A stretch of 64,000 bases of DNA from Lachnospiraceae bacterium (GTDB taxonomy: Bacteria; Bacillota; Clostridia; Lachnospirales; Lachnospiraceae). Position numbers and translations under genes: made by a program. Each line of letters starts with the position of its first letter. Positions within the stretch are counted from its first letter, which is position 1. The stretch spans positions 1,107 to 65,106 of the forward strand of contig CAAGFP010000108.1 of NCBI GenBank assembly GCA_900769175.1, in the 5' to 3' direction. The notes beneath the pieces were generated by a model, which was not told the origin of the DNA, ran no database searches, and saw nothing but the letters and a program-made list of their open reading frames with translations. Positions 1 to 8,054 of this stretch are shown piece by piece.

Positions 1-51
1 ATTCAGTTCTTGTTGCTTTAATTCAGCATATGTACTTTCAACAATATTCAC
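1..51 (-). CDS. 5' end of an unknown gene running off the window (begins GTG, 'VNIVESTYAELKQQELN...'). It lies immediately downstream of the MTase and could be the partner of an R-M module, but that is unproven.
   Basis: AGGAGG Shine-Dalgarno at 61-66 sits 9 nt upstream of a GTG at 51-49. The frame stays open to the window edge. Only 17 codons are visible. Confidence 0.25.
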   Translation of the reverse strand, partial: MNIVESTYAELKQQELN

Positions 52-68
52 TTGCGAAACCTCCTGTC

Positions 69-1340
69 TTATTTTTCTAATTGCTCTTTTATTTTATCCG
101 CGATTATTTTTGCCATCATCGGTGGAACTGCATTTCCAACTTGCACAAACTGCGAGGTTCTTGGTCCCTCAAAATAATAACTATCCGGAAATGACTGTAT
201 TCTTGCAGCCTCTCTTACAGTAATAGATCTGTGTTGGTCTATATCCGGGTGAATAAAATAATGTCCATCTTTTGATAAGTGTGCCAATATGGTATGGCAA
301 TAATCCATATCTCCTTCTACAACCTTAAATCTATCAACAAAGGATGTTCTATTCCTATGTGTCTTCAGTTCATCTGGCAAATCATCATATTTCAATCTTT
401 CATGCTTAGCATTCTCAAACCACAAATCGATTGTTCTTTTATATATCTCAATATCTTGGGCTGTATGTGGTCTTGCAATATGGCCTGTCAAAACATCAGA
501 TTTTACTCTGATTTCATTCTCCTTAACATATTTTCTTAGTCTACGCATATCGGACATCGTATGTTCTTCTGCCGATTCACCCGGAGTCAAAGTCGGTAAG
601 TCCTTCAATAAGTCCCAAACTTCGGCATCACTATGGATTGTTTCAAATGATGGATATTCATATCCTGTACCTTTTAACCATCCAACAATAATTACCCTTT
701 TTCGACTCTGTAATACTCCAAAATCATGTGCATTAAGTTCATGATAATCTATCTCATATCCTACCTTACGCATATATTTCTGAAGATTCTTAAATGCCTG
801 TCCTCCACGTGCAGTTTTGATACCTGCTACATTTTCAAATACAAACATTCTTGGTTTATATTTATTCAGAAACTGAACATACATCTTATATAATTCATTT
901 CGTGGATCTTCTTCCATCGGCACAAGCATATGGCTACTTTGTGCTCTTCCAACCAATGAATATGCTTGGCATGGAGGACCTCCTATAATAACATCCACTT
1001 GCTCGATTTCTTTCTCAGCTATAATGGTATCTATGGTTTGAAAAATACCTTTAATGGTTGATTCTGACATTTCTTTATTGATGACTGTCTTTAGCTCTTC
1101 ATCTGGAATCAACTCTAATAATTGCTCTCGAGATATTTCGTTTCTCTCGTATTGATAATAGCTATCTAAGTTGTCATTTTCTTTCAAGTAATAATAGGCA
1201 ATTCTTGTTTCTATTGTCTTTGCCGCATGTTCGTTCATCTCTACATGTGCAATTGGTCTATAACCACTTTGAATGAAACCTTCGGACAGTCCTCCGGCAC
1301 CAGCAAAGAGGTCGATATAGCTTAAACCGTTATCATTCAT
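69..1340 (-). CDS. DNA (cytosine-5)-methyltransferase
   Basis: 423 aa with motif I 'DLFAGAGGLSEGF', the catalytic PCQ motif 'GGPPCQAYS', an 'ENV' motif and a C-terminal 'QVGNAV' motif X. This is the canonical C5-MTase architecture. Confidence 0.9.
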   Translation of the reverse strand: MNDNGLSYIDLFAGAGGLSEGFIQSGYRPIAHVEMNEHAAKTIETRIAYYYLKENDNLDSYYQYERNEISREQLLELIPDEELKTVINKEMSESTIKGIFQTIDTIIAEKEIEQVDVIIGGPPCQAYSLVGRAQSSHMLVPMEEDPRNELYKMYVQFLNKYKPRMFVFENVAGIKTARGGQAFKNLQKYMRKVGYEIDYHELNAHDFGVLQSRKRVIIVGWLKGTGYEYPSFETIHSDAEVWDLLKDLPTLTPGESAEEHTMSDMRRLRKYVKENEIRVKSDVLTGHIARPHTAQDIEIYKRTIDLWFENAKHERLKYDDLPDELKTHRNRTSFVDRFKVVEGDMDYCHTILAHLSKDGHYFIHPDIDQHRSITVREAARIQSFPDSYYFEGPRTSQFVQVGNAVPPMMAKIIADKIKEQLEK

Positions 1341-1380
1341 GGTTATCCTACCTTATCATCTCATATTTGCTGTCCAAAAA

Positions 1381-1656
1381 TCAGGACTCCAAAGATTCCT
1401 CATGGATTTTTTTCTTCACATTTTCTAATTCAGTGAATTCCATGATATCTCCTATATTGCATTCTAATTCTGCACAGATTTTCTCTAAAATTGGCAATGC
1501 CACCATTTCCTCATTAGTCATTCTGGCCATGGTACTGCTGCTAATTTTTACAGTCTTGCACAGTTCACTTTTATTTATTTTTTTATCAATCATTAACTTC
1601 CATAAATTGTTGTATGATACTGCCATAATTTCCTCCGTACTGATATCAAAATACAA
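1381..1656 (-). CDS. small XRE/Cro-type HTH protein (controller C-protein-like) immediately upstream of the methyltransferase
   Basis: 91 aa with an HTH_3-like core ('INKSELCKTVKISSSTMARMTNEE'). It lies 40 bp upstream of the MTase on the same strand, the arrangement typical of C-regulated R-M modules. Confidence 0.65.
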   Translation of the reverse strand: MYFDISTEEIMAVSYNNLWKLMIDKKINKSELCKTVKISSSTMARMTNEEMVALPILEKICAELECNIGDIMEFTELENVKKKIHEESLES

Positions 1657-1945
1657 TTATCCCATCTTATTTCATTATAACCATAGCATCCTCATTTGTA
1701 AAATACTTTATTTGATTTCTCAAATACAAATTACGACTTGTTACACTCTTCATTCGCAATAAAAGGCGCGGTCGTAAGATTACGTAAGGTGTAATTTTAA
1801 ATTCATCATTGAAATTCCGTCTTATCGCACCAGGAGCCTCGCAAAATAACTAATAGAAATGTTTAGTTTCATATGACCTTTTCATAATCTTATATAAAAC
1901 AATTCAGGTGCTACAGCCTATGCCATAGCACCCAAATCATTAACA

Positions 1946-4015
1946 CTATCGACTGTCCCTGTTTCGCACGACTCTCTTCTCTCGCATGCCAGCCTCATAA
2001 ATATGGTCAAACACTTCATACCGCTTCTGCTGATCCATATCAACTCCAAGTCTGTCAATTTCCTTGTTAAACAACTTAATCCCAGCAAAATACTCCATAT
2101 CTCCAAAGTCAAACGCCTCCGATAATATATCTGCCGAATATTCTGTAAGTCTACTCGAATCAATTCCAAGCAGTTCCAGCCTATCTACTATCTGTTCCGT
2201 TTGTACTTGGATAGCAGCTTCCGACTTCTGTTTCTCATAATAATCCGTCAAAAGCTTAGTCTCCTCATAAACAGAATCAAAACCTGTGTCCATACCAATC
2301 TTTTCAAAATAAGTCCTAACCATCTCAAATGCTGCATCTGTTCCCTTGTCATCAAACGGATAACAACGTACTTTTTCAGCTACACTCATTCTCATATAAT
2401 CAGCCTTATCAGATGGTAATCTCACCGTTTCACCATACTCTCGAATATCCTCATTCTGCAAGCCAGGCTCGACACTCACATCCATCATATCAATATCTGT
2501 TTCTACAACGCTTTCAGCATCTGTAATAGCAGTCTTCCCAACAGTTTTAACACCTGTAACAGCAGTCTCTGCAAACGCTTCTGCCTCTGTTTCAAGCTCA
2601 TTATCTACAATCGCTTCAAACTCCGGTTCCGTAATTACATCTGCTTCCACAGCATCATCCAAAGCAGTATTCTCTACTTCCACAACCTCCGGCACTCGAT
2701 AAGGATTTCCGGGCACTTCGTCTTTTTCAACATCTACCAAATCTACCATATCATCAACCGGTATCCGCATTTCCAATTCCGCCTCCATCAGACTCCCATC
2801 CCGCTCAAGGCACCGCTCCACCGCTTTCAACTTCTTTCGATTATCCTTCTTTTGAAGCTTAATCTGCTCCAAACGCTCCCGATAATCACCCTCTGATACT
2901 TCAAAGAATTCCAAATCTTGTGCAGTCTTGCATGACCTTTTCTGTAAAGCCCTGTCCCCGTACATTTCCTTCTGTGCCTTGCACAGTTCCTCATCCACCT
3001 GTTGTAATCTCAGCTTCAAGCGGAACAAATCACCATATGACTTCACATCATACTTGACCAACACCAGATACTCTTCCTGAAGCTCATGCATTTTCCGTAT
3101 CTGCTCATACAGATAAGCAGATTTATAAGTAAACCGCTTTTTCTCAGCCAGCCGCAAACGATACATCCTTGCATAGCACTTTCTCTGGTATGGTGTTAGA
3201 ACAGCTTTTCTTACCGGCAGCAATGAAACAGTTCGATTTACAGGAGATGCAAGACTTGCGTCCCCATATCGAAACATAGCTTCCAGACTCTCTCTGCTCA
3301 AATCCTCCGAAATGGTATCCAGTCTTTTAAACTGCTTCATCTCCGGAACCTTCACAGCGATATGCTTGCCCTGTTTTACTTCAAAGCCCAGCTTCTCCAG
3401 AAGAAATATAAAATGCTCCATATTTTCTGCACTGATGGCACAAAACAAGGCATCCTGCTTGATCCATTTGGAAAATGCCTGCTCACGCTCCCACTGTGGT
3501 CTTGCCATATTCTTCGGTTCCTTGCTGTATTCAGCCGGAGTGATATGCAGTCCGTATTCTTCACAGAGCTTATTGGTAATGGGCTGGAATTTATATTTCC
3601 AGTCACCATCCCGGCACTGAAACTTGTATCCGGTCACCATGTTTACACTGTTTATTATGATGTGGGCATGAAGATGTTCCCTGTCTGTATGGACAGCCAC
3701 CACCGCCTCATATTCACCTGCAAATGCCTCCCCGGCAAACCGCATTGCAATATCATACATAATCTCCGGTGTTCCCTCTCCGGGTTTTAGGGATATTACA
3801 AAATGATATCCTTGCCTTCCGCCGGTTTTGCCAAACATCCGCTTTGTCGCCTTCATCTGTCGGTAAGCCATCTCCGGCAGGCAGTTGATACCGCCTGCCA
3901 GATTTGCCTCCCCAAGCTTTTTCGGTTGTAAAATATAGTTGATGGAATGCTCCAGATGAATGTCTATTCGAGCCTTGCTGCTTGCCTTCATATGCATCAT
4001 CTTGGTTATTGCCAC
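1946..4015 (-). CDS. mobilization relaxase (Relaxase/MobA-MobL nuclease domain, MOBP-like)
   Basis: 689 aa. The N-terminal domain carries the histidine triad 'VHTDREHLHAHIIIN' typical of pfam03432 relaxases. A long coiled-coil / acidic C-terminal half follows. The gene overlaps the upstream MobC gene by 10 nt. Confidence 0.85.
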   Translation of the reverse strand: MAITKMMHMKASSKARIDIHLEHSINYILQPKKLGEANLAGGINCLPEMAYRQMKATKRMFGKTGGRQGYHFVISLKPGEGTPEIMYDIAMRFAGEAFAGEYEAVVAVHTDREHLHAHIIINSVNMVTGYKFQCRDGDWKYKFQPITNKLCEEYGLHITPAEYSKEPKNMARPQWEREQAFSKWIKQDALFCAISAENMEHFIFLLEKLGFEVKQGKHIAVKVPEMKQFKRLDTISEDLSRESLEAMFRYGDASLASPVNRTVSLLPVRKAVLTPYQRKCYARMYRLRLAEKKRFTYKSAYLYEQIRKMHELQEEYLVLVKYDVKSYGDLFRLKLRLQQVDEELCKAQKEMYGDRALQKRSCKTAQDLEFFEVSEGDYRERLEQIKLQKKDNRKKLKAVERCLERDGSLMEAELEMRIPVDDMVDLVDVEKDEVPGNPYRVPEVVEVENTALDDAVEADVITEPEFEAIVDNELETEAEAFAETAVTGVKTVGKTAITDAESVVETDIDMMDVSVEPGLQNEDIREYGETVRLPSDKADYMRMSVAEKVRCYPFDDKGTDAAFEMVRTYFEKIGMDTGFDSVYEETKLLTDYYEKQKSEAAIQVQTEQIVDRLELLGIDSSRLTEYSADILSEAFDFGDMEYFAGIKLFNKEIDRLGVDMDQQKRYEVFDHIYEAGMREKRVVRNRDSR

Positions 4016-4353
4016 CTGTTCACCACCTCCTGTAATAAATCCTTTATCTGCTCAAGCAGATGATTTCCCGTCCGCATGGTGCTGTCAAAGACATAGCCAC
4101 ACCCGTTGGCAGTTCTTGTCATCTGGTTGTAATTGTTGCAAAGACTGGAAATCTGACTGATTAGATTCCGTCTGTCATAAGCAAGCGTTGTATCTACTCT
4201 TCCACCATGAGTAATCAGATATCTTACATAATCCGATAATTTCATGTTGTTGGCTTTGGCATCATACTCTGCCTGCTCCCGTTCCTCATCCGACAAGCGG
4301 ATGGTAAAATTCTTCCTTGGTTCTATCAATTGTCCTCTTCGTCCTATAAGCAA
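4006..4353 (-). CDS. MobC-family relaxosome accessory protein
   Basis: 115 aa with a ribbon-helix-helix-like N-terminus ('KNFTIRLSDEEREQAEYDAKANNMKLSDYVRYLI'). Position directly upstream of the relaxase and overlapping it. This is the typical mobC-mobA arrangement. Confidence 0.7.
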   Translation of the reverse strand: MLIGRRGQLIEPRKNFTIRLSDEEREQAEYDAKANNMKLSDYVRYLITHGGRVDTTLAYDRRNLISQISSLCNNYNQMTRTANGCGYVFDSTMRTGNHLLEQIKDLLQEVVNRWQ

Positions 4354-4439
4354 TCCCTTCTTTCGTTTCTTTCTTTATCCGTCATTGGAAGTTCCCGTAA
4401 GGTACCCTGTTTCCAAAACTTGTGTAGAGAGAATTTGCC

Positions 4440-4645
4440 AGATACGTAAAACGCCATGCGTTTTACAGAATCTGGTTAGGGGGAGCAAAATCCCCCTAAG
4501 ACCCTCTACATATATGCCCCATTCGGGGCAATTATTTGTAATATCAGCTGTACTACTAGCTCCCATCTGTATTACTGTCGGTATTACCATAAAATAACCT
4601 GTATCACACCCGGTATTACTTTTTATAACCTTTGTAATACCCGGT
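4440..4645. other. candidate origin of transfer (oriT) region
   Basis: Intergenic stretch upstream of mobC containing three inverted repeats: 4445-4468 'cgtaaaacgccatgcgttttacag', 4476-4500 'ttagggggagcaaaatccccctaag' and 4515-4530 'tgccccattcggggca'. It also carries an iteron-like 'GGTATTAC' in three direct copies plus one inverted copy (4570-4642). Confidence 0.4.
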
Positions 4646-4676
4646 GTATTAACTTCTTATGACCTACTTGCTACAG

Positions 4677-5123
4677 TTACGTCAAAAACGACATCGCATA
4701 ATCCGCAATATCATCATCCAATATCTCCAAAGACTCTTCAGAAACTTTGAAATTATCTTCACTTTCTCCCAGTGTTGTCTGCGATATCTCATGTGATATT
4801 AGATTATCATTCTGCATTACAGCCAGACCTTTCACTTGCTCCTCGACAATCAGCTTCACTGCATTAATAATCCGGTCTGCTTCTCCAGACATTGCATTCT
4901 GGATTGCCTCTCTCTGGGCATTCAACTCACAAACAAGACGCTTTTCACTCTCATCCTGCTTTATGCCTTGAACCACCCTTATCAACGCACTTTTTATAAA
5001 CTTGCTCTTATCTCCAAAACAGGGTTCTATGGCACCTCCGGTTAAAAAACTCCAGATTTCCATATCCTCTTCCCTGTTCAGGTTGAGACGGAAGCTGACT
5101 GTCACACTGTCACCACGTGCCAT
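4677..5123 (-). CDS. hypothetical protein of the mobile element (148 aa from the RBS-supported start)
   Basis: AAAGGAGG RBS precedes the ATG for 'MARGDSVTVSFRLNLNREED...'. I recognise no motif. The C-terminus is acidic. Confidence 0.4.
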   Translation of the reverse strand: MARGDSVTVSFRLNLNREEDMEIWSFLTGGAIEPCFGDKSKFIKSALIRVVQGIKQDESEKRLVCELNAQREAIQNAMSGEADRIINAVKLIVEEQVKGLAVMQNDNLISHEISQTTLGESEDNFKVSEESLEILDDDIADYAMSFLT

Positions 5124-5252
5124 GCTGCCTCCTTTCCGGTTTCCAAGGTTCATGTGCTTCAGATATCTTTTGATTGCAGCAGCCAAATGCTTTTGCTATA
5201 ATGTATTTGCGAGATACATAGCGAAGCTTTGGCTTTGCAACCAAGTCCTTTC

Positions 5253-5531
5253 CTAATCGGATTGGACTTTTTCTTTTGTCTGATAGCCGCACTTCTCAGC
5301 CACCATGCCGGCTTTCTGTGTCAGGTCATCACCCGGATTGTAGTAATCTGCATATCCGTAAATCTTCTGTTCAAAATATTTACGGGGGCATTTCCCACGC
5401 ATGGTATAGAACCCTCGAGCATCCAGTTCGGCATTGTATGTCTTAATAACTGCGTATGCCTTTGTCATACCAACTCCCAGAATCTGACTGACTTCCTTTG
5501 CATCAATAAATGCTTCCTTTGTTGTTATCAT
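5253..5531 (-). CDS. small DNA-binding protein, excisionase/HTH_17-like (putative Xis or recombination directionality factor)
   Basis: 92 aa. 'KEVSQILGVGMTKAYAVIKTYNAELDARGF' resembles MerR/excisionase-type HTH. It is positioned divergently from the XRE regulator and near the integrase. Confidence 0.45.
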   Translation of the reverse strand: MITTKEAFIDAKEVSQILGVGMTKAYAVIKTYNAELDARGFYTMRGKCPRKYFEQKIYGYADYYNPGDDLTQKAGMVAEKCGYQTKEKVQSD

Positions 5532-5818
5532 ACAGCTCCTCCTTTCTATTAAATTTGTATTACCGATACGAATTTGAAACCTTCTGTTAAATCATTCAAG
5601 TTATAATCCGTATTTTTAGTTCGTGTTTAATCATAATACATCTTTCAAAACATGTCAATGGATTTTTATAAAAATACGCACTTGCAATTCGTATTTGTTC
5701 ATGGTATAGTATTTATAACGTTACAAATCAGTTACTTTTTGGTACGGATTTCTTGGTTTTACGCAAAATACGAATCAAAACAACTGAACAGTAACAGTAA
5801 TAAAAGGAAGGTGATGAT

Positions 5819-6493
5819 ATGGCTTTATCAGATGACCAGCGTTTTGCCATGTATACCGCAGAGGAAATCGGTAATGCAATTAAGAAACGCCGCAGACAGT
5901 TAAAGATAACGCAGAAAGAATTTGCCCAAAGACTTGATAAGTCGGAGCGTACCATTCAAAAATACGAATCCGGCGAAATCACCATGAAGATTGATTTAAT
6001 CAAACAGGTGGCTGATGAACTGGATATTCCGTGGCAGGAGCTTCTGGAAGCAAAGTCTGATAAGATTGGTATCGTATCCGCAGAAGAGGATTTTCCGGCT
6101 TATCGCTTTCATAACCTGTCAGACGTTATCAATGCATTATTTACAATAACGGAGATTAAAGATATTGCATTCCAGCTCTCCTGCACCAAACCCCCGGAAA
6201 ATCCCGAGTGGACTTCAGCCCTCATGGTTGACGGCAAAGGAAGCGGAATCTATAATGCAGACTTCTGTCTCTTTATGGAAAACTGGATGAATAAGCTTGC
6301 TGCTTTACAAAGCGGTTCCATAAGTCAAGAGCAGTTTGATACTTGGAAAAGAGAAACTTTGGAATATTATTCTGACAGCTTCTTCTCTGATTTCAGTTCA
6401 CAGAGAGAAAAGGTAAAAAAGAGCAAAGGAGTAAAGAAGAAACCTGATTATTCAACCATTCAGATTGTTTCTACCAAAGAAGAGGATAACTAA
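5819..6493 (+). CDS. XRE-family transcriptional regulator with an uncharacterised C-terminal domain
   Basis: N-terminal HTH_3 ('IKKRRRQLKITQKEFAQRLDKSERTIQKYESGE'). The ~140-aa C-terminal region has no recognisable motif. RBS 'aaaggaagg' precedes the start. Confidence 0.8.
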   Translation: MALSDDQRFAMYTAEEIGNAIKKRRRQLKITQKEFAQRLDKSERTIQKYESGEITMKIDLIKQVADELDIPWQELLEAKSDKIGIVSAEEDFPAYRFHNLSDVINALFTITEIKDIAFQLSCTKPPENPEWTSALMVDGKGSGIYNADFCLFMENWMNKLAALQSGSISQEQFDTWKRETLEYYSDSFFSDFSSQREKVKKSKGVKKKPDYSTIQIVSTKEEDN

Positions 6494-6672
6494 AATCCTC
6501 AATAATATTTGAAAAAATGTAGATTATATCATAGCCTTTGGAAACATGCACCCAAAACCATAATTTTCAGGTCAGGTGCGATACATACCGCAATCACGCG
6601 GTTCTACTTTAGAACATTATCCGATGCAAGATTTTCGGACAATTCTAAAGATACTTACATTTTACAAAGGAG

Positions 6673-7944
6673 ATGATGTTTATGCCAGCTTACAAAGATA
6701 ACAAGACTGGTAAATGGTTCTGCAAGTTCTACTATACGGACTGGCAGGGCAACAACCGACAAAAGTGGAAACGAGGCTTCGCCACTAAAAAGGAAGCTCT
6801 GACTTATGAAAGGGATTTTCTTGAAAAGCAGTCTGCCAACCCGGATATGACTTTCCAGAATCTCTACGAACTTTATATGGAGGATATGACCGCCCGCTTG
6901 AAGCAGTCAACCATACTGACCAAGAAGCATATTTGTGAAACTCACATCCTGCCTTTCTTTGGCAAGAAGCCAATCAATGAAATCAAGGCTTCCGATGTGA
7001 GAAGATGGCAGAATCAGTTGATGAATTCCCCAAAAGGATATTCAAAAACTTATCTGAAAACCATCAATAATCAGCTCACCTGCATGATTAACTACGCAAA
7101 ACGCTTCTACGATTTAAACACAAATCCCTGTGGTCAAGCAGGAAGCATCGGACAGGCAAAGGCAGAGGAAATGGATTACTGGACTTACGATGAGTATATT
7201 GCTTTTCGTGAGGGCATTAAGGACAAGCCTCTATCCTATATCTGCTTTCAGGTACTGTACTGGACCGGGATGCGTGAAGGGGAGCTTCTGGCTCTTACTG
7301 CTGCTGATATCGACCTTGTTGTAAAACAGATTGATATCAACAAAACTTATCAGCGTCTTCACGGAGAGGATATCATCACCACTCCAAAGACAAGGAAAAG
7401 TAAGAGAAAAGTTCCAATTCCGGATTTTCTGTGTCAGGAACTGCAGGAGTATATGGATTCCCGTTATATGCTTGCTCCAAATGAGAGGCTCTTTCCCATT
7501 ACAAAATCTTTTCTCTCCCACGAGATGGAAAGAGGGTGTAAGGCAACCGGCGTAAAGAGAATCCGTATCCATGACATCCGCCACTCCCACGCAAGCCTCC
7601 TCATCAATCAGGGTTGCGATGCACTTATCCTCGCTGACAGACTTGGACATGAAAAAGTATCCACAACACTGAATACTTACTCCCACCTGTTTCCACACAA
7701 ACAGCAGGAGCTTGTCAGCAATTTGGAACAGCTTGCAGCTACAGTTGGTGTCACACCGACACCGGAGCCTCCAATGGGAAATCCACTGCTTGAAACCATG
7801 GGTATTTCCTATGATGGTGACATGGCAGGTGATTCAGTTACTCCGGATACAGAATATGCCAATAAGGGACTTCCATATGGACCTATGCCAAAAGAAACAG
7901 CATCAGGAAAAGTAATCCCGATGCCTCAAAGAAAAGCTATCTAA
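6673..7944 (+). CDS. int: site-specific tyrosine recombinase / integrase (phage integrase family, Tn916-Int-like with N-terminal arm-binding domain)
   Basis: 423 aa. N-terminus 'YKDNKTGKWFCKFYYTDWQGNNRQKWKRGFATKKEA' is an arm-type DNA-binding domain. The catalytic region carries 'RIHDIRHSHASLLI' and 'LGHEKVSTTLNTYSHL' (the R...HxxR...Y pattern). Confidence 0.9.
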   Translation: MMFMPAYKDNKTGKWFCKFYYTDWQGNNRQKWKRGFATKKEALTYERDFLEKQSANPDMTFQNLYELYMEDMTARLKQSTILTKKHICETHILPFFGKKPINEIKASDVRRWQNQLMNSPKGYSKTYLKTINNQLTCMINYAKRFYDLNTNPCGQAGSIGQAKAEEMDYWTYDEYIAFREGIKDKPLSYICFQVLYWTGMREGELLALTAADIDLVVKQIDINKTYQRLHGEDIITTPKTRKSKRKVPIPDFLCQELQEYMDSRYMLAPNERLFPITKSFLSHEMERGCKATGVKRIRIHDIRHSHASLLINQGCDALILADRLGHEKVSTTLNTYSHLFPHKQQELVSNLEQLAATVGVTPTPEPPMGNPLLETMGISYDGDMAGDSVTPDTEYANKGLPYGPMPKETASGKVIPMPQRKAI

Positions 7945-8002
7945 AAAACAAAACGATGTGAAATAGAGTAGTTGCGGTTAGTAGCAAATTAGTAGCAAAG
8001 CA

Positions 8003-8040
8003 AAAAAAAAGTCCGGGAACGCCCTATTTATAAGGCTTCC
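8003..8040 (-). terminator. rho-independent terminator of guaA
   Basis: On the minus strand, 'gtctgggaagcc...ggcgttcccggac' is followed by a T9 run directly after the guaA stop codon. Confidence 0.6.
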
Positions 8041-8054
8041 CAGACTTGTGGCTA

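Larger units (their letters stand above)
1..8000. mobile_element. integrative and mobilizable element (IME), right-hand portion, inserted immediately downstream of guaA. It carries int, xis-like, XRE regulator, mobC-relaxase-oriT and a C-protein + C5-MTase module. The left boundary is outside the window.
   Basis: A tyrosine integrase sits at the extreme edge next to the intact guaA terminator. Xis-like and regulator genes lie at a divergent promoter, and a relaxase/MobC pair carries an IR-rich oriT-like region. The 3' end of guaA is a known integration hotspot in Firmicutes. Confidence 0.7.

Noticed and set aside
1918-2169. 83-aa ORF on the minus strand overlapping the relaxase 3' end
   Set aside because: It lies entirely inside the relaxase gene in another frame. 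It has no RBS and a low-complexity composition, so it is a spurious overlapping ORF.
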